A stretch of DNA of 63,703 nucleotides, counting the filler, from Hausera hauseri (lineage: Eukaryota): assembly GCA_046269625.1 (NCBI GenBank). It is 12 parts of 12 records of this genome, joined end to end, with 100 filler letters (N's around TTAATTAATTAA, not from the genome) between each part and the next. Parts side by side here need not be neighbours in the genome. Positions count along the whole stretch, not along the records: positions 32,876 to 37,149 come from JBJURY010663552.1; positions 37,250 to 41,650 come from JBJURY010599776.1; positions 41,751 to 46,518 come from JBJURY010443023.1; positions 46,619 to 51,071 come from JBJURY010574116.1; 8 more parts are not named here. One strand, 5' to 3'. A program made the translations under genes and the position numbers. Shown piece after piece: positions 37,071 through 48,802 of the stretch. Below the pieces are notes generated by a model, which was not told the origin of the DNA, did not search any database, and saw nothing but the letters and a program-made list of their open reading frames with translations. Within the stretch, counting starts at the first letter, position 1, and every line of letters begins with the position of its first letter.

Positions 37071-37799
37071 GAAAAAGGATTCGGTCCTCCGGATCACTCT
37101 GGGTACTGGCATCGACGAAACTGAGGTTTCTGGGTTTAATCGTCAAAGTNNNNNNNNNNNNNNNNNNNNNNNNNNNNNNNNNNNNNNNNNNNNTTAATTA
37201 ATTAANNNNNNNNNNNNNNNNNNNNNNNNNNNNNNNNNNNNNNNNNNNNGATTCGACTCCATCATTTTACCTGAATCATACAGGCTATTGTCATATCCTG
37301 TTTTTTCAAAATTGTCTTGGGAACACAAAGCGAAAACCCGGCGGCGATCACTCCGGCTTAAACGGGTCGGGTGGTAAACCATTTACAGTGGATTGCGGTG
37401 GCGCCCAAGTCTGTGGCACCACACTACTCTCTGTTTCAAAAAATGACATTGAAGGCGAGATGAGGAACAGCCAAAAGNNNNNNNNNNAAAGGAACAGTGT
37501 TTGTGGACTATTTAGTCTTTGTATGAAAAAGACGTTGAATTTTATCGATATTTTGTTCTCTGCTATATTTACTGAAAATAACTGTCTTGCTATGTTTAAA
37601 GTGCTGTTTAATTGTCTGCCGAGATGATTGGGATAAAGTTGGATTTTGGTTTGACATGTCAGCAGCTTGAGAACTGGTCGGTATGTCGTTTAGCGTAGCT
37701 CTTTGAGTTGATGCAGGTTTTGGAGTAACAGGTTGTCGTGTAGGTAGAATGGAGGAAGAATTGAAGGAGTCAAGAAAGTTTCATGTGCACTCAGCTGAG

Positions 37800-40700
37800 G
37801 ATTCAGGTGTGTCATTGACGAAAAATGCGGACTTCACGTTAGTTATGTGCACATTTTGTTCTTTGTCGTTTTTGAGGATTGTAACTATGTGGAAGCAATA
37901 TTGAGGACTTTAAATGGTTTTAAATAGTTTGGTTGGAATCCGGAAGGTGAAGGGTTTTTTGCCAAACGAACTTTGCATTAAATAGTGAATCAGGTAAGTA
38001 TGTTTTGTCACCGTGTACTATTTTGAAGAAAAAATCCTAACTTAACTGAACGAAGTAATTTCGTGCGGATCTAATAGTTTCGTCAGTTTGGGTATTATCC
38101 ACATCGGTAAGTTCAAAACGTGCACGGATTGTGGTACCAAAAAGTGCTTCTGCCGGTGCGCAACCCGTGGTAGTAGACGGTATGTTGCATTATCTGAGCA
38201 AAATGAAAAGAACGATAGTTGTCCAATTTTTATGATTTTCATCCAGGATTTTTAACGAGATCTTTAGGGTACGATGAAAACGTTCCAGTAAACCGTTCAA
38301 TTGGGGATGGTATGGAGTAGTATGAATATGGTTTATGCCCAATCGATTAACTAAGGATTTGAATAGGTTCGATTCAAACTGGGGGGCCTTGATCTGTGAT
38401 TATGTAGCGTGGTGAATCGAACCGACTAATCCAAATTCTTATAAAGGTATCAGCTATGGAGTCGGTATTGATGGAACGCAGAGGAACGGCTTCTGGTCAA
38501 CGAGATGCGCGGTCCATCGTTGTTAGCACAAATTGGTGGCCGTTGTCAGAAGGCAATGGGCCAAAGATATCTATTTTAACTGACTAAAAGCGGGATGTAT
38601 ATGGGAAATGGAATAATGGTGGTTTAAGATATTTAGCTACTTTGAACTTTTGGCAAGATACGCATTGCCTAACCCAGTTTTTCACGTCAGACCTTATTTA
38701 TGGCCATGTTACCTGACGTTTAAAGAGCCGAAACATAGCTTTGAAACCTGGGTGATGCAACGAATGAACATGTTTAAAAGCAGTTTGTTGGAGAGAAGAT
38801 GCCATAACTGGCAAATATTGTCCAGGTGTTGAAGTATCCGTGGCTATTCCATCGATGATTTGCACTGATTTGTATTGCTTCAAAATTTCATTGGGAGGGG
38901 AATTCTGGATTAATTGTTTCTTAGAAAATATTGGCATAACACAAATAGCCCCAATTGCCCGTGATAAGAAATTGGTTATTAGGTTGTCCGTGCCGGAAAT
39001 ATGGCAAATTTTAAATATAAATGTTGACAGATATGTGATATGTCGCTCTTGTCTAAGTGATGGTTGTTTTATGTTCATTACTTGAACAAGAGGTCTGTGG
39101 TCCGTTTGAATGGTAAAAGCGTGAGCAATGAGTAGATATGAAAAATGTTTCAGAGCTAAAACAATGGCCAAAAGTTCTCTATCGAAGGTAGAATAACGAC
39201 GTTTTTGTGGCCGGAGCTTATGTGAAAAGAATTCTAACGGCTTATTTATTCCTTATGATATTTGATGAAGAACCGCTCCTACTGTTGTAGTTGATGCGTC
39301 GGTTGTCAAAATGAGTTCATCATCAGATTTTTGGTAGGCTAAAATCTCGACTGTTTTAAGCTTCTCGCGGAGTTTATCGAACTGGTTAACAAGTTCTGGC
39401 GTCCAATATATAAGTTTTTTTTTCTTCTGCCCTGCTCCTAATTGCGCAAAAGGAGCAGTTAACTGGCTACAGTGTGGGACGTATTTATGGACGAAATGTA
39501 AAGTTCCAAGGAAACTACGCATGTCAGTAGTGGTTTTCGGCAGCTCAATGCTTCGCAATTGATGAATTCTATCAGGCTGTGGGTTGTGATTGTCAGACGT
39601 AACCAAGGAAATTGACCTTTTTTCTGGAAGAAGTAACACTTAAAAAAGTTCACTTGCAGATTATAGTTGTGTAAACATTGGAAAACGAGTCTGAGATGTT
39701 CTTCGTGTTGTTTGTGTGAAACCGACGCGACTAATATGTCATCGATGTACGGGTATGCAAATAACAAACCTGAAAGAACTGAATCAATGTGCCGTTGGAA
39801 AGTTTGTGCTGCGTTCTTTAAACCGAACGGCATGAGTGCATATTCAAAACGACCAAAAGGTGTTATTATGGCCGTTTTTTGGATGTCTTCAGGAGCTACT
39901 GGTATTTGGTGGTAAGCTTTTTCAAGATCTACAGTCGAATAAATTATGGTCTTGTGTAAAGAATGCAATATATCCTTAATCAAAGGTAGAGAATAAGCAT
40001 CCATGGTAGTGACGTTATTAAGTTGGCGATAATCGCCGCATGGATGAAATGTGCCATCTTTTTTGGTATGTCGTAGAGTGGTGATACCCACAGTGATTTT
40101 GACCGTTTTATTATACCGGCTTGCTCGAGTGCAGAGAACTCCGTTTGGACTGCTTTTCGATGGCGTGGAGAAAGTGGACGGAGTTTTTGCCTAACGGGCC
40201 TGGAATTTTCTGTGATGAAATGATGAAATGTTGTGTTAGCTGGTCGAAAAGCTGTCTTTTTACTGTATGGAAACAAGACTGGGCTAAGTATTGTTGCATT
40301 TCCTGGCTAAGCGTAGTAAAAGCTGTTGTTGTTATGGAAGTGGACTGATTGGATTTAGTATGAGAAACGCTAGAAATCGAGTCGCTTAAACCGTCCTTGT
40401 CAATGCCTTTTGCTCCTCTAACATCGGCCTGCAACAAAAATTCTGGATTATTTATATTGGTATTAATGGCATTATTATTTGTGTTGGCTGATGGATCTTT
40501 TAATATCGCTTTAATAGTCGATACAGGCTGCAAAACCGGCTGGTTATTTGTAAAGATCGGCTTTGTTGAATTGCTTTTAATAATTCGACGTTGTATACAA
40601 TTTACAAGGAGGTTGTAGAAAGATAAAAAATCGGACCCGAGTATGGGAGATTGTGTGTCGGAAACGATAAATGTCCAATTGAAGATGTCGGGAAAAAGCG

Positions 40701-41650
40701 GTAAAGTAAATGAGATCTTGGACGAGCCGAAAATGCGTAATGCTTGGCCGTTAACGGTGTATAATTTTGTGGTAGATGGTGAGATGGATAATGTTTTTAT
40801 ATATGGTGGTAACAAAGAAACTGCCGCCCCAGAGTCAATGAGGAAATTGACTGATTAATTGGATTCAGAAGTTAAAGAAGCTTTTAATGTGAAAATGACG
40901 TAAGTACGGCTATCATTATGAAGACGTTTCCCTGTGCCAGCATGTGCCGAAACATCTGGCGGCTTTGTCAGTTTTTCGACTAGAAGGATTTGGGGGGTCA
41001 AAAGAATTACGACGGACTTGGTTAGGTTAATAGGAGAATGTGCAGCTGTTGATGCATTTGCGGGCATTGTCGCTGAACCTGTCACGGTAAATACAAACGA
41101 TGTCAGGTCTTTGGAAAGCGGGTGTAAAGAATTTGCACCCCAAGCAACATTTGTTAAATTGGTTCTTGAATTTATTGTGATAATAGCACACCACAGGTCA
41201 AGTAGGGGACCTAGCGGATCTCGAATTGTGCGATGAGGCGCGGCTATGATTAGGTGCGAATCGATCTTGTCGCGGTATGGATAGATTATCCAGTTTAGTA
41301 GTTAAAACAGAAATGGCTTGGTGTATGGCCGCGTTTTCAGTCAGGAGAGCATTTATTTAATTATTTAATGCTAAGATTTCTGCGTTGGGTGTTGTCATAG
41401 ACGGTTGTAATGTGGCTGCAACGATTGGAGTATTATGAGTATTTAGTATGTCACAGCTTTTATCAGCCACTTGGGCTAATTTCTGCAGTGTAGCAGTGTC
41501 TTCTACGACGGTTAATAGAGCACGTATTTCTTTCGGCAACGATTGAAGGAAATATCTACGTAGTAGATCGGCATTGTTTGTCTGATTTACTCTTAACTTA
41601 TATAATTGAGTTAAAATGTTTGTAAAAATTGTGATGGATTCTGGTTTCTT
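37800..41650 (-). mobile_element. Ty3/gypsy LTR retrotransposon gag-pol, frameshifted
   Basis: gag (FLQSLPKEIRALL..LAQVADK; CYYHNKF..KC..GC), PR (FLIDSGAAVS), RT (CGDYRQLN, MPFGLKNAAQTFQR, YIDD), RH (TDAS, RELLA, TDHRPL), INT (HSLHHPG..CVSC) in canonical order. Confidence 0.92.
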
Positions 41651-42342
41651 NNNNNNNNNNNNNNNNNNNNNNNNNNNNNNNNNNNNNNNNNNNNTTAATT
41701 AATTAANNNNNNNNNNNNNNNNNNNNNNNNNNNNNNNNNNNNNNNNNNNNACCAGACTTTAGGGGTGAAGCTGGAGGTGACCACCCAGGACATTTCAGTC
41801 TACCAGGACAGAAAACAGATCAAGCTGCTGTGGAGTGACACAGCTTCTCTTAAAGGACACAAGTGAGTCATTCTATACATATATTATGTTATTTTTCACT
41901 TGATTTTTTGTTCAAAAGTTTTTGATTATTATTATATTTTCCCCTGAAAATGTTGCTTGCGTTTAGAACATACACAAAAAATATCTACCATCTCAGACTC
42001 CTGTTTAATTAATTGGAAAACAATTTTTGATTACATTTTATTTTCCATAAAAAATAAAAGTTTAGTATCAAGAGGTAATTCAAAATAAGTATGAGTACAA
42101 ATCATTTTAAGCCCTAAAACTGTTGCAGTATGGATCTCCTGGTGACCAAGGATCGTAGTCTAACTGTAACTCTAAAGGACTCCGTCAAGTTTGTGATTTT
42201 GCTACACAAAGTCTGGAAGAAGCACCCGTACCACCGGGACTTCCTGGGCTTCTACACCCTGGACACTCATCTCCTGTCTCCTAGAGTTCATGGTCTGCTA
42301 GGTACAGCATGAAACAAAACAGTGTTTTGTTTTCTACTTTAA

Positions 42343-45300
42343 GGAAAATAAAGGATGCCTTGTTAATGGCAATTCCGTAGAAGTAAATACTTTTTATACC
42401 GTAAACTGAAGCTTTTTATTAAATAGACTAGAAAAACGTTGAATTCGACAATAAATGAAAAGGGTTGCTTCAACGAAACCTGCTATTGCGAATCGACAGA
42501 GGTAATTTGCCGCAAGATTCCTCAGATACAAACATGCAAAGAGACAGAAAAGCAAATTTGTTCAAAAACAGGACCGACAACGTCATGCTGTACATGCGTA
42601 CCAAATGTGAAAGAAATCTTATGCAAATTAGAATACCTATGCAACTACCGATGTGGAAAATGCTTCGACGGAATCGAGAGTTGGAGTAATTCCACAATCA
42701 TGTACAATGCAACGGAATGTGTTTGCAAAGATGACTACCAGTCAGCATTCGAAGAGAGCACAGAAATAATAAAAGGGAAAGAAATTGTTGTCATAAAAGC
42801 AATATGCATGTCACATAAAACAGATAACACCGACTGTGGAATTATAACAACACCAGCAATAATACCAACAATAAGTACTCAGCAAATTTGCAAAAAGTAT
42901 ACATGCGAATTTTATACATGCGACGGCGAATGTCTAAATCCAGAAATGGGATTACGGAAATGCACTGACTTAAAATGTATTGGGGATTACAAAGAAGTAA
43001 AACGACAAGAACAAAAAATAACATGCGCGAGAGAAGTGGAAAAAAATTGCGGAATAACATCATCACGCTATATACAAATGACAACAACAACTATAACACC
43101 TTCAATAATTACAACATCAGTCACAACAACCACGTCAACAACGAAAAGAACAACAACAAGAACTACTACTACAGCAACGCCTCCAACGTCGACATCACCA
43201 AGCACAACAACAACTACGACAAGTGCTGTACCCACGACTACAACTCCATCAACAACAAGCCTTATAACAACACCATACGTAGGTTGCGAGTTGAAGGTAG
43301 TGACGTTAGAAAAGACAGAAAAAATGCAAGTGAACATCATTGACGTGAAGGGCGGAAGTGTGATAGACGTAGAAAAGGTGTTTAATAGTAAGTGACTTCC
43401 ATATTAAAGTAAATAAAATATTACGTTTACGCTTCATTTAGAAGAAAATATATGGAATGCATCAAAACCAAATGCGGAATTTGTCATAGAATTACTTCCG
43501 AAACCAACAACAGTCGTCACAGTTGTAAACGTGCAAATATCTGTTCCAAATCAATCTAAAGTAACTGTAACATTTGGAAATACACGCACAGATATTACAG
43601 AAAAACCATATGTATTTTTCATAAATATCTATTAATTTGATCAGAATGTATTTGTAGACAAAAACTGCAACTGGAACAGTATCAATATATTTTAATAAAG
43701 AGAGTCCGAATGGTGAAAGATACCGATATATAAAGGTTTACGTCGAAACTACAGATGGGTCAAAATTGATAATAACAAATGTTCAACTTAAAGTTTGTTA
43801 TGAGAGTGGTAATATTTGAATAATATCAATTTGTCTGATTAAAATTTCATTTTAGTTACAACACCATCACCATCACCATCAACTACAACAACAACAACAA
43901 CTAAAATAACTCCAACTACTTCAACACCATCCACAACAACAACGTCAACAACAAAAAGAACTACGACAACAGCAACGCCTTCAACGTCGACAACACCAAT
44001 CAGAACTATAACTACGACAACTACTGTACCAACGACATTAACAACTACATCACCTGTAATAGTTGAAATTGAAACCACAACGACTCCCACGACAAGAAAA
44101 ACTACAACTGCAACAACTACACCTACTATAACAACGTCAATAAGTACCGTCTCGCCAACAGCAATAAAAACTACAACAAAGCTTCCAACGTCGACATCAC
44201 CAAGCACAACAACAACTACGACAAGTGCTGTACCCACGACTACAACTCCATCAACAACAANNNNNNNNNNNNNNNNNNNNNNNNNNNNNNNNNNNNNNNN
44301 NNNNNNNNNNNNNNNNNNNNNNNNNNNNNNNNNNNNNNNNNNNNNNNNNNNNNNNNNNNNCCTGTAATAGTTGAAATTGAAACCACAACGACTCCCACGA
44401 CAAGAAAAACTACAACTGCAACAACTACACCTACTATTACACCGTCAACAAGTACCGTCTCACCAACAACAACAAAAACTACAACAAAGCTTCCTACTTC
44501 GACAATACCAAGCACAAAAACAACTAGAAAGACTTCCTTTCCTCCAATTTTTACCCCAATATTATCCACGATATCTACATCTATTCCACCTTCCACGTTA
44601 TCAAGTACTACTGCTACTATCAAGTCAAGATCTTCGACAATTGGTTATTTATCATCAAGCACCTTATCTCTTTCGGGTAGTCCATCTGCTCCAACCACCG
44701 GGTTTCGTATTCCGTCAACTATATTACCTTCTCTTACTTCTGTGAGACCCTTAAGCACAACAGTACCGTTTTGTAATATTGTGAATGGATTACTTCAAAA
44801 GTATCTAATATCCAATCAACAAATTTCTATAAACGGACGACCTGTTGATTCTGAAAGCGTAAGAAATTCGTTAAAAAATGCGGTACTTAAGTTATCAATG
44901 CAACCATTACCCACCGTTGGAATTGTTTTTACAGACAATTCTAATCGAATTGTTCCATTTATTTTTGAAGTAAGAGAATTCTAAACAGTATAAAAATGAC
45001 CTTTTCTTAGATTTTCATCAGCGGTAATGTTCAGACAGTTGAAATAAGTACATATGACAAAAACGGTCAATTCAACGCATTCAAGCGGGAGATACGAGAA
45101 AGTCCAAGCAAAATAATATTAAAAAATTATATATCCCAAATTCAAATTAAAATTCTTTCTACTCAAAACAAAGAAAATAAAGCGGTTTTTGGATTAGAAA
45201 TATTTGGATGTTTCGAGGAAAATAAAGCATGTGTAGTAAACGGGATTGTTGTCGAAGTAAGATTTCATACTGTACAGTAAAATGATAATTGGTAATCACT

Positions 45301-46195
45301 AGAATAAGAAAGTATTGAATGCGACAGTAAATGAAAAAGGATGTTTCAACGAAACGTGTTATTGCGAATCAACCGAAATCATCTGTCGTAAACAACCCGA
45401 GATACAGACATGTAAAGAAGGGGAAATAAAATCTTGTTCAAAAACAGGTCCGACAATGTCATGTTGCACTTGCGTACCAGACGTGAAAGTAGTCAAATGC
45501 AATACGCAGTACTACTGCAATTATCGATGTGGAAAATGTTTTGATGGCATTGAGACTTGGACCAATTCGACAATTGTAAACAATGCAACAGAGTGTGTTT
45601 GTAAAGATGACTACCAGTCATTTATTGAACACTCAACAGAAATAATTAATGGCAAAGAGACAGTGGTGATTAATGCAAATTGCATGTCAATGAAAACTGA
45701 TAACACCGACTGTGGAGTAACGACAACAAGCCCCATTATCACAATGACCCCATCGACTTTGTCAACAAGCGCTACAACAATTCAAGTTATTTCAACACCA
45801 CCGACGATTTGTTTCTACATCTTCTGTGCATCATACAGTTGTGGTGGTGTCTGTCAATTACCGGAGGGTAGGATACAATCGTGTGATAAATTAGAGTGCC
45901 GACCTGGAATGTTTATGGCCGAGAAAAACATAACTCACGTTATGTGCACAAGACGTATGGAGCAAGGTTGCTCATCCACAAGTACAACAACGCTTCCGGC
46001 TTCAACAACATCGGTTGAGATGTGTATTAAAGTTGTTTGTAGCAAATTCACGTGTAAACAAGAGTGTTTATCAAATAGTACGACGAACGTTCCTTGTTCG
46101 TCATTACAATGCGATAGAGATACGAAACAAATACAAAACCTTGGCAAAATAATCGTTTGTACGAAATCTGAAGAAACAAATTGTAATGATGTTAT
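42343..46195 (+). CDS. Multi-exon modular mucin-like extracellular protein (Cys-rich modules, Thr-rich PTS tracts, discoidin/F5-8C-like domains), partial
   Basis: ORFs 42439-43395 and 45315-46271 are paralogous Cys-rich modules. Thr-rich tracts lie at 43080-43275 and 43855-44750. Short (~45-55 nt) GT-AG introns at ~43388-43441, ~43612-43658, ~43809-43854 and ~44970-45010 join the frames. One domain ends in LEIFGC, like discoidin LELYGC. Confidence 0.8.
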
Positions 46196-46199
46196 AAAT

Positions 46200-46518
46200 T
46201 TATTCAATCTAAACAGAATGACAATGCTCTTCCTGCACTATCTCAGTCGCAGACGTAATCTCTCTAATTAGAAGTCTGCCTCGCAATAAATCTAATGGTT
46301 TTGATGAAATTTCACATGTATCTTGCATCTAGCAGCCCCACACCATACAGGTGGCATATTTCTTGTACCTTGTGGGTGGTGTCAACTTAATTTATTCTCC
46401 AATTTTCTATTGCTGTTAAGGCTGCCTGTGAATCTGAGAAAACTACAATATCCTTTGATTTCATTCCTTTTGATTCAAAATGCTCAAAGATTTTTATCAG
46501 AGCTTCATGAATGGCGAC
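46200..46518 (+). mobile_element. LINE RT fragment interrupting the mucin-like gene
   Basis: ISVADVISLIRSLPRNKSNGFDEISH resembles the pre-RT motif V...I..L...KS.G.D.I. of non-LTR elements. Confidence 0.5.
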
Positions 46519-48802
46519 NNNNNNNNNNNNNNNNNNNNNNNNNNNNNNNNNNNNNNNNNNNNTTAATTAATTAANNNNNNNNNNNNNNNNNNNNNNNNNN
46601 NNNNNNNNNNNNNNNNNNTAAACAATAGAGAAATTTACCTAAATTCACAATTTCCCATTTCTTTTTGTCAAATCTCTTAATTTATTGCTTTGATAGAATC
46701 TTTACGTTGCTTCAGCACTCGAATGAATAACAAATTAGAATTTTAAGGCATGTAAGATCAGTGGCGTGCGGATGAGGGGTATAGGGGGTAACCTCCTCTC
46801 CTCGCCCCACGACCGCCATGGAATCTGACATAGATTTTATAGCGTAGTTAATTTTATTTTTGGTAATGTTCTAAAGGTATAAATTTTTGTACGTTTTGTA
46901 AATAATTAAACAAAAGAATAAGAATATATGAAAATTTTCATATTGGGAACCACTATGGAATAAGTGCCGTCACGCAGAAGTCACACGTAGGGGAACTATG
47001 CATACAAGAACACACCGTGTAAGATATATATATTTTGTGCATATTAAATATTTATAACTATATAATTTATTAAGCAAAACCTAACATCAATAAACACTAA
47101 AACTGAAAATAATTCTTACTTTTAAGCATCGCTCTGACACCTTCCGTATTTTTCTTAACCGATTCCATTAAATTTTCAAGTCTGATTTTTTCTTCTATTA
47201 ATCAAAAAAGTAATGAAACCATCACAATACTTTACCTTTATTTTGTTCAGGTGATGACAGGATGCTGAAGATGATGTCACTCCTCCTCCTCGCTCTCCCT
47301 GATGACCGTTTATTTCCACTCGACTCCAGAAGAAGGAAAGCTGCGCGCGTGAGCTCCAGACTGAGCGAGGAGGCGTCACGAGCCGAGGCGAGTGTTTGGA
47401 GCACGTTAGACGGAATCATGACGGAGCCATGGGAAACAAACGACAGGAGAGGCTCTTCAGCTGGAATAACAGGCACCCAGGCTCAAACGCATCAAAGCAA
47501 AACGGCTGCTTTGTTTCCTGCGAGCGTTAATTAACAGACACTCTGCCGTATTCTGACTAGTTAAATACCATACTGTAATACACGAATATTTATTAAAATT
47601 AGTATATACGTACAGAATTTTATAATTATCTTTCATAATATATATTTCCGAAAATTGGGATTTTAGAACTTTTTATAACAACATAAAAACACAGAACACT
47701 GCTATTGCTGCACCAGGGCCACCCCGACCCCACCCAGGGCCGGCCCCGCCTCCACCCAGGGCTGGCTCCGCCTCCACTGGCAGCTCTCTTTTTTTGTGTG
47801 TGATATGTCAGGTCATATTCTGATAAGTGGAAGCGCAGAATAAGTAACAAGCACATATGCTCACCGATATATTTCAAGGAGATGTTTCAGTGGATTGTGG
47901 ATGTGTTTTTACGATATTTCAGAAGAAAGGCATTTCAGTGTATGGGTTTCATGGATCGGCATGTCTTGCCAGGATCTCATCTGGTTTGGCTGATTCATAA
48001 TTTTTTAGTCAGTATTGCCGACCCAATTTGCAGTTTTGTTTTACCTGGCATTTCCTGCCAGGTGCAATGGTGCAATGTCCGCGAAGCATATTTATGCTTG
48101 TTGTTGAATTGAATATGAACAGAGAAGGGCGAGGCGAGAGAATATGTAATCCAAGAGGTGGGATTGATTAGTGCAAGCCTAGGTGTGTACCACACGCCGG
48201 TGAGTCCTGCGCCTTTACTTAAAGGTCTCCATCTACTACTGGTTTTGTGTTCTTTTATTAGTAATTTAGTTCGGCCATGCCTACTGGCACTCACCAGTAG
48301 TTTCCGGAGTCACTGGGGGGAGGGGGGGAATCGATCGACTTGTCCGGCTCACCAGACGAGACTTGATGGTCTCAGACGTCCCAATGTTGTCACTTCCCTG
48401 GTCCGGCTTGTTGTCGGGCGAGCCTAAATTAGTCCATTATTGAGCTTGGCTGATCCGGCTTATCGTCGGACATGCTCGAATCGTCGCTGATCAGGGTCCG
48501 GCTGTTCACCGGACGAGACCTGATGGCCCTCAGCTGTCCCATTGTTGTCATTGCCCTGGTTCGGCGTGTTGTCAGACTTTTCTGTTAATAGACACATCTA
48601 TGTCTGTAATATCTAAGGACGCTTAAGATTTTGGAAAATATTGGAATTATCCTGAGATTTGAATTCTTATAGTGAGCTGGTTGGGTAGTGGCGCCCCTCG
48701 GTACCCCCAACTGGTCGGGAGGAGGAGGAGGACAACCGTCATCTTTATAGGTACATCGTTATCAGATATAATTTTACCGATAGTTTTTTCAGATACATTT
48801 TA

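Noticed and set aside
43068-44623. Val-rich minus-strand ORFs as membrane proteins
   Set aside because: Antisense shadows of ACA/ACT Thr codons in the mucin tracts.
46759-47779. hAT-type MITE bounded by CAGTGG...CCACTG
   Set aside because: Terminal similarity is only ~6 bp and the flanks show no 8-bp TSD.
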